Part shown: one piece after another, positions 1 through 12,941 of the stretch
Layout: the number at the start of each line of letters is the position of its first letter
Position numbering within the stretch: position 1 is the stretch's first letter
Source: Pristiophorus japonicus
Lineage: Eukaryota
NCBI RefSeq assembly: GCF_044704955.1
Contig: NC_091990.1
Coordinates: forward strand, 135,594,001-135,658,000
Length of the DNA: 64,000 bases
Direction of reading: 5' to 3'
Translations under genes and position numbers: made by a program
The notes under the pieces: model-generated
What the model was told of the DNA's origin: nothing
Databases searched by the model: none
What the model saw: the letters and a program-made list of their open reading frames with translations, nothing else

Positions 1-1528
1 AACACCAATGCTTCATCCCGCATCCAAAGATGGGCACTAAAGTTATTTGCGTATGATTATGTAATCCGCCACAGACCTGGCACTGAGAACTGTGCTGAAA
101 CCCTCAGTCGGCTACCATTGCCCACCACCGGGGTGGAAATGGCGCAACCCGCAGATTTGCTTCTTGTAATGGATGCTTTTGAGAGCGAGGGGTCACCCGT
201 CACGGCTCGCTAGATGAGGACCTGGACTGCCAGGACCCGATGCAATCACTAGTAAAAAGCTGCGTCCTCAATGGGAGCTGGTCGGCGGGACCAGGGGAAT
301 GCAAGACGAAATTAAGCCGTTCCACCGACGCAAGGACGAAATGTCCATCCATTCGGACTGCCTCCTATGGGGGAATTGTGTAATTTTGCCAAAAAAAGGC
401 AGGGAAACATTTATACGCGACCTTAATAGTACCCACCCAGGCATAGTCATGATGAAGGCTATTGCCAGGTCGCACATTTGATGGCCCGGCATTGACTCGG
501 AATTGGAGTTGTGTGCACACCAATGTAATAATTTCTCACAGTTGAGCAACGCACCAAGGGAGGCCCCACTGAGTCTGTGGTCATGGCCCTCCAAACCGTG
601 GTCAAGGGTCCACGTAGATTTCGCAGGCCCCTTTCTAGGAAAGATGTTCCTAGTAGCAGTGGACGCTTACTCTAAATGGATTGAATGTATAATAATGTCG
701 TCATGTACGTCCACTGCCACCATTGAAAGCCTCCGGGTCATGTTTGCCACCCATGATTTGCCTGATGTCCTTGTTAGTGACAATGGACCATGCTTCACCA
801 TCTCGGAATTTAACGAGTTCATGACCCGCAATAGCATCAAACAGGTCAGGTCTGCGTCGTTTAAGCCCGCATCCAATGGTCAAGCGGAACGGGCAGTCCA
901 AATCATCAAGCAGAGCTTGAAACGCGTGACGGACGGTTCCCTGCAGACCCGGTTATCTCAGATTCTGCTCAGCTACCGGACGCGACCCCACTCACTTACC
1001 GGGGATCCCCCTGCAGAACTGCTAATGAAGAGAGCGCTCAAAACCAGGCTCTCCTTAGTCCACCCGGATCTCAATGATCATGTAGAAACCCGGTGTCACC
1101 GGCATAATATGTACCATGATTGCGCGGCTGTATCACGTGACATTAAGGTCAATGACCCTGTGTTTGTTCTTAATTATGGTCATGGTCCCAAACGGGTTGC
1201 TGGCACTGTGTTAGCCAAAGAGGGGAATAGAGCTGTCAAACTTTTGAATGGACAAACGTGCAGAAAGCACTTGGATCAGACCAAACTGCGGTTCACTGAA
1301 AACCAAGAACAGTTTGAAGAGGACTTTACCATCATTGATCCACCCACACACACCCAACCAGCAATCAACCTTGCAGTCAACCACGAGGATGAACCCACCA
1401 TGCCCAACAATCCAATCAGACCAGCCCCACCGCAGTGCAGCAATGATCCGACCGACTCACCCATGCCAGGACTTCAACTCAGGCGATCGACCCGGGAACG
1501 CAGAGCCCCGGATCGCCTCAACTTGTAA
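1..1528 (+). mobile_element. Gypsy/Ty3 LTR retrotransposon pol 3' part (RNase H end, H2C2 zinc finger, integrase), disrupted
   Basis: Translations give RIQRWALKL..YDY.IRHRPG.EN..A..LSR, HPGIVMMK..AR..WPGID, and an integrase core VHVDFAGP / VDAYSKW / VSDNGP / SNGQAER.VQ. In-frame stops near 211 and 482. Confidence 0.92.
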
Positions 1529-1576
1529 ATAACTTGTACATAAGACTTTTGGGGGGGGGGGGGGGGGGGGGAATGC

Positions 1577-1789
1577 TGTTATGTATGTAAACACTACCAA
1601 TGTGTAAGACTTTCCACCAGGGGGCACACCTGTGGGAGACCCAAGGGTCATCTGCACACCCTGGGCAAGCAGGTATAAAAGGCAGACTACCATGCTGCCT
1701 TCTCACTCTGGCGTTACAATAAAGAGACCACGGTCACAACAGTGTGAGCTGAAGATGCACCGTCTTGTGGAGTTATTCTAAACGTAACA
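1577..1789 (+). mobile_element. 3' LTR of the Gypsy element (~213 bp), preceded by a polypurine tract
   Basis: Poly-G PPT at 1551-1573; TGTTA...TAACA inverted termini; TATAAAA at 1674-1680; AATAAA at 1718-1723. Confidence 0.85.
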
Positions 1790-1794
1790 CTTTG

Positions 1795-2183
1795 CACTGG
1801 GACACAGGTCTTATCCTGGTTCAGGTGGAGCCCATCCCATTGGTGCAGCTCCTTTCAGTCCCAGTACTGGTGCCAGTGTCGTATGAAAAGGAACCCCTCT
1901 TTCCCACACCAGCCCTTTAACCACGTGTTAATTCTCCTGATTTGCTTCTATGCCAATTTGCATAAGGCTCGGACAATAATCCAGAGATTATTAACCTCGA
2001 GGTCCTGCTTTTTAATTTCGCCCCCAACAGCTCCTCCTCCCTGTTCCTACCGATGTCGTTTGTTCCGACATGGCCGACAACTGGATTTACCGCCTCCCTT
2101 TCCAAATTTCTCTCCAGCCGCCTGGAAATATCCCATACTCTGGCACCGAGTAGGCACAGTACCGAGAGAGATCCCCCGTTCAA
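1795..2183 (-). mobile_element. CR1 LINE ORF1 (SGNH esterase-like) fragment
   Basis: ORF 1917..2183(-) reads VVGHVGTNDIGR...LKSRTSRLIISGLL, typical of the CR1 ORF1 esterase domain. Confidence 0.75.
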
Positions 2184-2379
2184 CTATCTTTCCCCTTTTC
2201 AATGCAATACAATCTGCTGCATATTTCCAGCAGTTTCTCTTTTTACTTCAAATTGTCAGCATTGGGAGGCTCTTCCCCTCCCCTTTTTGAACACTAGATT
2301 TTAACTTTGGCTCATTTCAAGCTAACGGCGTGGTTGTAACAATAAATCCATGCGAGTGAATGAATAAACGAGAAAAAAA

Positions 2380-3210
2380 AGGTGAAATATTGCGAAAGAA
2401 GGCAGCGCACGGAGAACGAGGGTTGGCTGGAGCGGAGTGGACCGCTGGCAAACCGGCTGCATTTGATCCCGTCTTCTGCCTGAGCCCGGCCGGGCCGGTG
2501 CCCAACATCGGCGGCAGAGGGATTGGGGAGAAAGCGCAACAATAAGTCGGACTGGTAGCGATTACAGAGTGGGGGAGTGGAAATCCCCAACCCGGGGCCC
2601 GAGATACTCTCAGTAGAACAGGCGGAGGCAGCGCCCCTCACACTCGGTGCTGGAATTTATCGAAGGTGAATCTAAAACACTCCCCCGTCACTAAAATGTC
2701 AGCCTTTACCTTTAACAATCTGCCTGGAACGGCGGTGGCCAATTCCGCGTCCGTTGGAGGGAACAGAGAGAAAAGGGGCGGCGGGGGGGAAGAATTAGGC
2801 CGAGGCACGCTGCTGGGGCTGCAGGGAGGGATGAGCGAGCGGACACACCGGGCTGTTTCCGCTTCCGTTGCCATGGCGGCCAGGCTCGTGAGTTTGGCCC
2901 GCGCCAGCTTTCAGGGATGTTTCCGGAATCGGGGTGAGGAGCTGCGGCCGGGGCGGCAGCAGGAGGGGGGGCAGGGAGAGCGCCGGCTGGGGCGGCGGGT
3001 CCTGGAGCGTGTCGGCGCGGGAGGGGAGCGTGCCACCGCGCCGCTGTTTGACCTTCTCACGGTGACAGCGCTGACTCCCACCACCGGCACACCGCTGAGG
3101 GCTAGCAGGATTACATACACAGGGTATATAGGGCAGAAACCGGCCATTCCGACCAACCGGTCCTCGGCGGCGTTTATGCTCCACTCGAGCCTGCCCCTGC
3201 CTTTCCTCAT
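2380..3210. promoter_or_regulatory. CpG-island promoter of NDUFS3, probably bidirectional
   Basis: CpG-dense, GC-rich tract. GC-rich Sp1-like box near 2775. Tandem ETS/GABP-like TTCCGCTTCCG at 2857-2867. YY1-like GCCATGGCGGC over the start codon. Confidence 0.8.
2873..2933 (+). CDS. NDUFS3: NDUFS3 coding exon 1 (mitochondrial transit peptide)
   Basis: Kozak GCCATGG; MAARLVSLARASFQGCFRNR; donor G|GTGAGG, phase 1. Confidence 0.88.
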
Positions 3211-5412
3211 CTGAACTTAAGGAAAGGTAACTTCGACGGTATGAGGCGTGAATTGGCTAGAATAGACTGGCAAACGATACTTAAAGGGTTGACGGTGGAT
3301 AAGCAATGGCAAACATTTAAAGATCGCATGGATGAACTTCAGCAATTGTACATCCCTGTCTGGAGTGAAAATAAAACAGGGAAGGTGGCTCAACCGTGGC
3401 TAACAAGGGAAATTAAGGATAGTGTTAAAGCCAAGGAAGAGACATATAATTCGACTAGAAAAAGCAACAAACCTGAGGACGAGGAGAAATTTAGAATTCA
3501 ACAGAGGAAGATTAAGGGTTTAATTAAGAGGGGAAAAATAGAGTACGTAAGGAAGCTTGCAGGGAACATAAAAACTGACTGCAAAAGCTTCTATAAATAT
3601 GTGAAAAGAAAAAGATTAGTGAAGACAAACATAGGTCCCTTGCAGTTGGACTCAGGTGAATTTATAATGGGGAACAAAGAAATGGCAGACCAATTGAACA
3701 AATACTTCGGTTCTGTCTTCACGAAGGAAGACACAAATAACCTTCCGAATGTACTAGGGGACAGTGGGTCTAGTGAGAAGGAGGAACTAAAGGATATCCT
3801 TATATGGTGGGAAATTGTGTTAGGGAAATTGATGGGATTGAAGGCCAATAAATCCCCGGGGCCTGATGGTCTGCATCCCAGAGTACTCAAGGAAGTGGCC
3901 CTAGAAATAGTGGATGCATTGGTGATCATTTTCCAACAGTCTATTGACTCTGGATCAGATCCTATGGACTGGAGGGTAGCTAATGTAACACCACTTTTTA
4001 AAAAAGGAGGGAGAGAGAAAACGGGTAATTATAGACCAGTTATCCTGACATCAGTGGTGGGGAAAATGTTGGAATCAATCATTAAGGATGAAATAGCAGC
4101 ACATTTGGAAAGCAGTGACAGGATTGGACCAAGCCAGCATGGATTTATGAAAGGGAAATCATGCTTGATGAATCTTCTGGAATTTTTTGAGGATGTAACT
4201 AGCAGAGTGGACAAGGGAGAACCAGTGGATATGGTGTATTTGGACTTTCAAAAGGCTTTTGACAAGGTCCCACACAAGAGATTGGTGTGCAAAATCAAAG
4301 CGCATGGTGTTGGGGGTAATGTACTGACGTGGATAGAGAACTGGTTGGCAGACAGGAAGCAGAGAGTCGGGATAAACGGGTCCTTTTCAGAATGGCAGGC
4401 AGTGACTAGTGGAGTGCCGCAGGGCTCAGTGCTGGGACCTCAGCTCTTTACAATATATGTTAACGATTTAGATGAAGGAATTGAGTGTAACAGCTCCAAG
4501 TTTGCAGATGACACTAAACTAGGTGGCGTTGTGAGGAGGACGCTAAGAGGCTGCAGGGTGACTTGGACAGGTTAGGTGAGTGGGCAATTGCATGGCAGAT
4601 GCAGTATAATGTGGATAAATGTGAGGTTATCCATTTTGGGGGCAAAAACACGAAGGCAGAATATTATCTGGATGGCGGCAGATTAGGAAAAGGGGAGGTG
4701 CAACGAGACCTGGGTGTCATGGTTCATCACTCATTAAAAGTTGGCATACAGGTAGAGCAGGCGGTGAAGAAGGCAACTGGCATGTTGGCCTTTATAGCTA
4801 GGGGATTTGAATATCGGAGCAGGGAGGTCTTACTGCAGTTGTATAGGGCCTTAGTGAGGCCTCACCTGGAATATTGTGTTCAGTTTTGGTCTCCTAATCT
4901 GAGGAAGGACGTTCTTGCTATTGAGGGAGTGCAGCGAAGGTTCACCAGATTGATTCCAGGGATGGCTGGGCTATCATATGAGGAGAGACTGGATCAACTG
5001 GGCCTTTATTCACTGGAGTTTAGAAGGATGAGAGGGGATCTCATAGAAACGTATAAGATTCTGACGGGACTGGACAGGTTAGATGCGGGAAGAATGTTTC
5101 CGATGTTGGGGAAGTCCAGAACCAGGGGACATAGTCTTAGGATAAGGGGTAGGCCATTTAGGACTGAGATGAGGAGAAACTTCTTCACTCAGAGAGTTGT
5201 TAACCTGCCGCAGAAAGTTGTTGATCCCAGTTCATTGGATCTATTCAAGAGGGAGTTAGATATGGCCCTTACGGCTAAGGGGATCAAGGGGTATGGAGAG
5301 AAAGCAGGAAAGGGGTACTGAGGGAATGATCAGCCATGATCTTATTGAATGGCGGTGCAGGCTCGAAGGGCCGAATGGCCTACTCCTGCACCTATTTTCT
5401 ATGTAAATCTAT
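3211..5412 (+). mobile_element. CR1 LINE, 5'-truncated, RT region nearly intact (one frameshift)
   Basis: ORFs 3241..4575 and 4563..5321 with [56 protein letters not shown]; CR1 3' UTR with TTCTATG-type tail. Confidence 0.95.
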
Positions 5413-5479
5413 CAGCATAACTCTCTATTCCCCTCTCCCTCAAATGCGTGTCTAGCCTCCTCTTAAATCACCTATACCA

Positions 5480-6855
5480 TTGTGGTTTTATGACTGGAGG
5501 GCTGTTTCCAGTGGGGTTCCGCAGGGCTCAGTACTAGGTCCCTTGCTTTTTGTGGTGTGTGTATATATATCAATGATTTCGACTTGAATGTAGGGAGTAT
5601 GATTAAGAAGTTTGCAGATGATACTAAAATTGGCCTTGTGGTTGATAATAAAGAAGAATGGTGGTGTTCCCATGCGTCTGCTGCCCATGTCCTTCTAGGT
5701 GGTAGAGATCATGGGTTTGGGAAGTGCTGCCGAAGAAACCTTAGCGAGTTGCTGCAGTGCATCTTGTAGATGGTACTCACTGAAGCCACGGTGCGCTGAT
5801 GGTGGGGGAAATTAATGTTTAAGGTGGTGCATGGGGTGCCAATCAAGCGGGCTGCTTTGATCTGGATGGTGTTGAGCTTCTTGAGTGTTGTCGGCATCCT
5901 TTACCTGGATGGCGACAACACTCAAGAAGCTCGACACCATTTAGCACAATTAAAAAGTTTGCAGATGATACAAAAATTGGCCATATGGTTAACAATGAAG
6001 AAGAAAGTTGTAGACTGCAGGAAGATATCAATGAACTGGTCAGGTGGGCGGAACAGTGGCAAATGGAATTCAATCCTGAGAAATGTGAGGTAATGCATTT
6101 GGGGAGGGCTAACAAGGCAAGGGAATACACATTAAATGATAGGACACTGAGAAGTGTAGAGGAACAGCGGGACCTTGGACTGCATGTCCACAGATCCCTG
6201 AAGGCATATCAGGTAGATAAGGTGGTTAAGAAGGCATGCGGGATATAAGAGCATAGAATATAAGAGCAGGGAGGTTATGCTTGAATTGTATAAAACACTC
6301 GTTAGGGCCTAGCTTAGAGTACTGCGTGTAGTTCTGATCACCACATTACAGGAAAGATATGATTGCACTAGAGAGGGTATTGAGGATATTTATGAGGAAG
6401 TCGCCTGGACTGGAGAATTTTAGCTAAGAGGAAAGATTGGATAGGCTGGGGTTGCTTTCTTTGGAACAGAGGAGGCTGAGGGGGGACCAAATTGAGGTGT
6501 ATAAAATTATGAGAGGCCTAGATAGAATGGATAGGAAGGACCTATTTCCCTTAGCAGTGAGGTCAACAACCAGGGGACATAGATTTAAAGTAATTAGTAG
6601 GAAATTTAGAGGGGATTTGAGGGGAAATGTTTTCACCCAGAGGGTGGTGGGGATCTGGAGTGCACTGTCTGAAAGGGTGGTAGAGACATAAACCCTCACC
6701 ACATTTAAAAAGTACTTGGATCGGCACATGAAGTGCCGTAACCTACAAGGCTACAGACCAAGAGCTGGAAAGTGGGATTAGGCTGGATTGTTCTTTGTCG
6801 GTCGGAGCGGACACGATGGGCCGAAATGGCCTCCTTCCGTAAATTTCTACGATTG
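5480..6855 (+). mobile_element. Older CR1 fragment interrupted by an antisense LINE fragment (5659-5940)
   Basis: [43 protein letters not shown] motifs. Confidence 0.85.
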
Positions 6856-7274
6856 TTTCGCTTCAACCACTCCCTGTGGCAGCAAGTTCCACAATCTCAC
6901 CACTCTGCATACAGAAGTTTCTTCTGAATTCCCTGTTTGATCTCTTGGGGACTGTCTTATAATGTTGATGGCCTCTAGTTTTGCTAGAGGAGCGAATTCC
7001 AGAGTTTAGGGTCTGGACAGCTTAAGGCACGGGGGACAATGGTGGGGCGAGGGAAGTCCAGGCTGCACAAGAGCGGGCAGGGGTGGAGGAAAGCAGAGTC
7101 CTCGCGGGGCTGCAGGAGGATTGAGTTATAGGGTGAAAGTGATCAAGAGTCTGGATTACTCTCCAACAACCTCTGGTAGAAACATGTCTTTGTTGAGGAC
7201 AGGATATGACTTGGCTTTGATGCCTCCATGGTCAAATAGCCAGTTGACAGTGCCAAGGCTTTAGGCATAATGGC

Positions 7275-7822
7275 CAGCTAGAGTACTGCGTACAGTTTTG
7301 GTCTCCGTATTTAAGGAAGTATATACTTGCATTGGAGGCTGTTCAGAGAAGGTTCACTAGGTTGATTCTGGAGATGAGGGGATTGACTTATGAAGAGAGG
7401 TTGGGCCTATACACATTGGAGTTCAGAAGCATGAGAGGTGATTTTATCGAAACATAAGATAATGAGGGGGCTCGACAAGGTGGATGCAGAAAGGATATTT
7501 CCACTCATAGGGGAAACTAAAACTAGGGGATATAGTCTCAGAATAAGGGGCCGTCCATTTAAAACTGAGATGAGAAATTTCTTCTCTTGGAGGGTTGTAA
7601 ATCTATGAAATTCTTTGCCCTAGAGAGCTGTGGATGGGTCTTTGAATATATTTAAGGCGCATAAGGACAGATTTTTGAGCGACAAGGGAGTAAAGGGTTA
7701 TGGGGAGCGGGTAGGGAAGTGGAACTGAGTCTATGATCAGATCAGCCATGATCTTAGTGAATGGCGGAGCAAGCTCGATGGGCTGAATGACCGAATCCTG
7801 CTCCTATTTCTTACATTCTTAT
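7275..7822 (+). mobile_element. CR1 3' end
   Basis: Clear similarity to 4860-5400 and 17290-17840, including the 3' UTR. Confidence 0.85.
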
Positions 7823-8329
7823 CTTGTGTTGAAGAGATACTGGAGAGGACCAGCAGATTGTATCCCAGCAAGGAATCAATACCTTCATGAGAAAAGAGAG
7901 GCATAATGTTGTTGTAGGAAAATCGGTAATGTTAAGTTAAGCTCATTTTAAAAATGAATAAATCTATTGGTGGGGGCTCCTCCAAAGAGTGATAGAGCTT
8001 CTGTCCATTATTGATTTATGAACACTCTTTCCCCAATTTGAGCTTTCAAGACTGTGATAGATTTTTGTTAGGGAATCAATGGGTATGGAGCAAAGGCTGA
8101 TAAACAGAGTTGAGGTTGCAGATCAGCCATGATCTAATTGAATGACTGAGCAGGCCCCAGGAGCTGAATGGCTTACTGCTGTTCCTAATGTTCCCATGAT
8201 TCTTGTTGTTTGGCTATTAGTGTTTTGCTCTACATTACAATATGGGGATTTTTGGCTGTGTATGAGCAAGAATGATGTTCAGGAAATTTGTAAAAAGCAG
8301 AATTATTTATCATTCAATCAACATCACTA

Positions 8330-8492
8330 AAATAGAGTATCTGATTATTAATCTCATTGCTGTTTGTGAGACTACTGTGCACAAATTGGCTTCTGCGTTT
8401 GCATATATGACAACAGTGACTATACTGCAAAAGTAATTAATTGACTGTGAAATGTTTTGGGTCATGAGGTTGCTATATAAATGTAAGTATTT
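8330..8492 (+). mobile_element. DeuSINE (SacSINE/AmnSINE-like) 3' fragment
   Basis: CTCATTGCTGTTTGTG...AAATTGGCT...ACAACAGTGACT...GCTATATAAATG pattern, shared with 28020-28420. Confidence 0.65.
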
Positions 8493-8639
8493 TTTAATTT
8501 TATTTAATGTATTACAGTAGTTGAACTACAAAATAGCTGTTATACAGATGTGACAATTCATGTGGCTTTAGCGATGTCTCCTGCTGTGTCCTTGTCTGGC
8601 TGAGCCTGGTAAATTGCAGCCTCGGTGTTTTGTTTGACT

Positions 8640-9312
8640 GCATTTTGTTTCATGGCATAACTAAGAGCGTCTATTTCCACCTCTAACATTGTCAGTCCCC
8701 GCCCTTGCCTTAGCTCATCCACTGCTGAAACACTCTTCCTTGCCTTTGTTATCTCTAGACATGACTATTCCAACGCACTCCTGGTTGACCTTCCTCGTTC
8801 TAACCTACATAAACCTGAAGTCATCCAAAACTCGGCTGTCCGTGTCTTAACTCGCACCAAATCCCATTCACCCATCACCCCTGTGCTCGCTGACCTACAT
8901 TGGCTCCCAGTTAAGCAACACATTAATTTCAAAATTCTCATCCTTGTTTTCAAATCCCTCCATGGCCTCCCCACTCCTCCCCCCGCCCCCCCTTCCTATC
9001 TCTGTAATCACCTCCAGCTCCAGAACCCTCCCTGAGATATCTGCGTTCCTTTAATTCTGCCCTCTGAGTAGCCATGATTAGAATCGCTTCACCATTGGTG
9101 ACCATGCCTTCTGTTGCCTAGGCCCTAAGCTCTGGAATTCCCTGCCTAAACCTCTCTTTCCTCTTTTTAGACGCTCCTTAAAACCTACCTCTTTGCCTGC
9201 CCTAATTTCCTGTGTGGCTCAGTGTTAAATTTTTTGTCTTGTACTACTTCTGTGAAGCACCATGGGACATTTTACTATGTTAAAGGTGCTATATAAATCT
9301 AAGTTGTTGTTG
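8640..9312 (+). mobile_element. L2 LINE 3' end
   Basis: Encodes DYSNALL, IQNSAVRVLTRT, PITPVLADLHWLPV, FKILILVFKSLHG; GCTATATAAAT..GTTGTTG tail. Confidence 0.85.
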
Positions 9313-10059
9313 CATCTGATTTGTTAAGACTGCTGTGTGCTAGCACTGGACCCTATGGCCATACCCATTTCATTGCTGTATGTGAGAATGTTAATACGGA
9401 TTCTTTTTCCCTCAATCTGTTTCAGCGAATACACTGAAATGCGAACACCTCTTGCCTTTTCTGTAAAGGACCTTTATTGAAGATTCCCCGGCCGGGACTT
9501 GTCAAGACAAAGGGACCCTCTCAATCAGAGCCTGTTTACCTTCCCCTGGACAAGTCCCTTTTCAGTGCGAAAAGCACAGTAGATATACATTTTCAAAACA
9601 GAACACATTTGATTAGCACTTGGTCTATCCAATCTCTTTCTGCCTCCCCCCCCCCCCCCGCGAGTATGTCCAATGGCAGGCAAGAAAGTCTCCCAATTAG
9701 GGCTGGTGTCAGGTAGGTTAGTTATAGCTTTGCTACACTGTCTTCCCTTATCAGTAAAGAACCCAATTAGTTTCTCTTCCTCCTTATCAGTAGAAGCTAT
9801 TACTTTTCCCTTCCTATCTAGGATTGCTTTCTTTCTTTGTACTGCCTTGGGCTTTCTCATGACCCGTGTCTAACCTCAACTTCAACTCTTGGTAACCCCT
9901 TTTTTTTCTGTTGATTCTGCAGTTGTCTGCATCTTGACCATTTCTTTAGCTATTTTCCCATGATTCCCTATCTCCATCCTTTTGCCACCTTCTCTAGCCA
10001 TCTACCACTTTCGCAACCCTTTTACACATTCTCAAGACCTTGCTGTATTGAAATTAGGA

Positions 10060-11520
10060 AGATGAGTCGTGCCTGTTCTGCCATTTGGTTTGTTCATTGC
10101 TGATCTGTATCTTAACTCCATTTACCCACCTTGGTTCCATATCCTTTAATACCATACTATAAGAAAATAAGAATTTGGAGCAGGAGTAGATCATTTGGCC
10201 CCTCGAATCTGCTCCGCCATTTAATAAGATCATGGCTGATCTGATCTTGGGCTCAACTCCACTTTCCTGCCCGCTCCCCATAACCCTTCACTCCCTCATT
10301 GCTCAAAAATCTGTCTATCCCCACCTTAAATATATTCAATGACCCAGCCTCCACAGCCCTCTGGGACAAAGAGTTCCACAGATTTACAACCCTCTGAGAG
10401 AAGAAATTCCTCCTCATCTCAGTTCTAAATGGGTGACCCCTTATTCTTAAACTATGCCCCCTAATTCTGGATTCCCCACGAGTGGAAACATCCTCTCTGC
10501 ATCTACCTTGTTGAGTCCCCTCAGTATCTTGTATGTTTCAATAAGATCACCTCTCATTCTTCTGAACTCCAATGAGTAGAACCCCGACCGGCTCATCCTT
10601 TCTTCATAAGTCAACCCTCTCATCTTCGGAATCAACCTCGTGAACATTCTCTGATCTGCCTCCAATGCAAGTATATCCCTCCTTAAATATGGAGACTAAA
10701 ACTGTACGCAGTACTCCTGGTGTGGCCTCACCAATACCCTGTACAGTTATTTAACAAAAATCTATCAATCTCAGTTTTGAGATTTTCAATTGACCTAGAC
10801 TCAACAGCTTTTTGGGTGAGTTTGAGATTTCCACTCCCCTTTTGTGTGAAGTACTTCCTGATATCACTCCTGAACAGCTCAGTTCTAATCTTAACGTTAT
10901 TCTCCCTTGGTATGCACTTCCCCCACTAGAGGAAATAGAATAGATTGAGAGAAACTATCAAATCCTTTAATCATAAATACCTCAGTTAGATCACCCTCTT
11001 ATCAAAGCTTTATATAACTATAACATAACTTCCATCCCTTTTAATTCCAACTCCCTTGAGATAAAAGTTAACATTCCATCAGCCTTTTAAATTAATTTTT
11101 TGAACCTGTCCACTAGTTTTTAGTGATTTCTGTACATGGTCCTCTAAATCTCTCTGCTCCTCCACAGTTCTTTCCTTCTCACCATTTAGAAAATATTCTG
11201 CTCCAAAGTTGATGACCTCACACTTCCCACATTCAACTCCATCTGCCCCAGTTTTTCTCACTCAAACTATTAATGTATCTTTGCAATCTCCATTGTAGCT
11301 CCCATCTACATTATTTACTGTGCCACCAAACTTCGTCATCAAACTTGATATATAGCTCTCTATTTCTTCATAAATATAGTGAAAAGCTGAGGCCCCAGTA
11401 CAGATCCCTGGTGACTCCATGAATGACATTCTGCCAATTGGAGTACATACCTATTATTCGTACTCTTTGTCTCCTACCTTCCTCCCAACCAGTTCCCTAC
11501 CCATGTCAATAGGTTGCCAT
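10060..11520 (-). mobile_element. Nested CR1 fragments (younger copy 10160-10750 within an older copy)
   Basis: Minus-strand ORFs LEFRRMRGDLIETYKI and VEEQRDLEDHVQKSLK. Confidence 0.8.
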
Positions 11521-11544
11521 GAGCTTTCATTTTTGCGAACAATC

Positions 11545-11770
11545 TGTATTATCTCGTGGGATAAATGTTGGCCAGGATACTGGGACAACTCTCCTTCTTG
11601 ATATAATGCTATGGAATTGATTACACCCAGCTGTGCAGCAAAATGGGGCCATGGTTTAACGTCTAATCTGACAGTGCTGCACTGTAGTGTCAGCCTAGAT
11701 TATGCACAACATTCCTGGAGTGGAGCTTGAACCGATGACCTTTTGTCTCGGGTGAGCCAAGGCTGACGAC
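11545..11770 (-). mobile_element. DeuSINE 5'/central fragment
   Basis: Reverse complement resembles 28030-28260. Confidence 0.5.
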
Positions 11771-12062
11771 CTTATTAAGGAGCTCTTTCATTTTTCACTT
11801 CTGACAAAAGGTACAGGCTCAAAATGTTAACCTGTCTGTTTTCTGATGGCTCTTGCTATTTATTTACATTTTCAATTTGTAATTCAGATTCCACTAACGA
11901 TAACTTTTTAACCCTTTTAGAATTATTTTAGTTTTACTTTATCAAACCAGTTTCTGATTCATGTCGCAATCTTCCCATAATTCCTTGAAACTTAACCTAC
12001 AGTGTTTAGGGTTATGTAAAACACATGGGCTCACTATCTTGAATTTTTTTTGTTTTATTTCT

Positions 12063-12840
12063 ACATAGAATCATAGAAATTTACGGCACATAAGGAGGCC
12101 ATTTGTATCTGTGCCGGCCGCAAAAGAGTTATCCAGCTAACTCATTTTCCAGCTCTTGGTCCATAGCCTTGTAGGTTACAGCACTTCAAGTGCATTTCCA
12201 AGTATTTTTAAATGCGCTTGAGGGTTTCTGCCTCTACCACCCTTTCAGGCAATGAGTTCCAGACCCCCACTACCTGCTGGGTGAAGAAAGTTCATCTCAA
12301 TTCCCCTCTAATTTCTACCAATTATTTGCAATCTATGCCCCGTTATTGAACTCACTGCTAAGGGAAATAGGTAATTCCTATCCACTATATCTAGGCCCCT
12401 CGTGATTTTATACACTTCAATTAGGTCTCCCCTCAGCCTCCTATGTTCCAAAGAAAACAATTCCAGCCTATCCAATCTTTCCTCATAGCTAAAATTCTCC
12501 AATCCTGGCAACATCCTCGTAAATCTCCACTGTGCCCTTTCTAGTGCAATCACATCTTTCCTGTAATATAGTGACCAGAACTGTACACAGTACTCTAGCT
12601 GTGGTCTAACTAGTGTTTTATACTGTTCAAATATAACCTCCCTGCTCTTGCCTTTATTAGCCAAGGCATAGAATACAAGTATTTTGTATGCCGCCTTAAC
12701 CACCTTATCTACCTGTCCTGGTACTTTCAGGGATCTTTGGACATGCACTCCAAGGTCCTTCTATTTCTCTACACTTCTCTGTGTCATTTATTGTGTATTC
12801 CTTTGCCTTGTTAGCCTTCCTCATATGCATTATCTCATAT
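12063..12840 (-). mobile_element. CR1 3' end
   Basis: ORF 12308..12748(-) LVRPQLEYCVQFWS...LEHRRLRGDLIEVYKI. Confidence 0.88.
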
Positions 12841-12878
12841 TTGAAGTGTAAAGTCTTGCTCTTGTGTTTACATTATAG

Positions 12879-12941
12879 CTCCTGGCCATCGTGTTTTAGT
12901 GTCGCAGACCAGGTTTGAGGGATCCGTTTCTGAGACCCGAC
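12879..12941 (+). CDS. NDUFS3: NDUFS3 coding exon 2
   Basis: TTATAG| acceptor and |GTAAGT donor; (A)PGHRVLVSQTRFEGSVSETR(P); phases match exons 1 and 3. Confidence 0.85.

Noticed and set aside
2666-3214. 182-aa ORF over the CpG island as a standalone gene
   Set aside because: Only 2873-2933 is NDUFS3 exon 1; the rest is GC-rich open frame running through the splice donor.
9426-9712. Possible extra NDUFS3 exon after a strong polypyrimidine-CAG acceptor in intron 1
   Set aside because: Exons 1 and 2 already join in frame, there is no NDUFS3 similarity, and there is no support beyond the splice-like signal.
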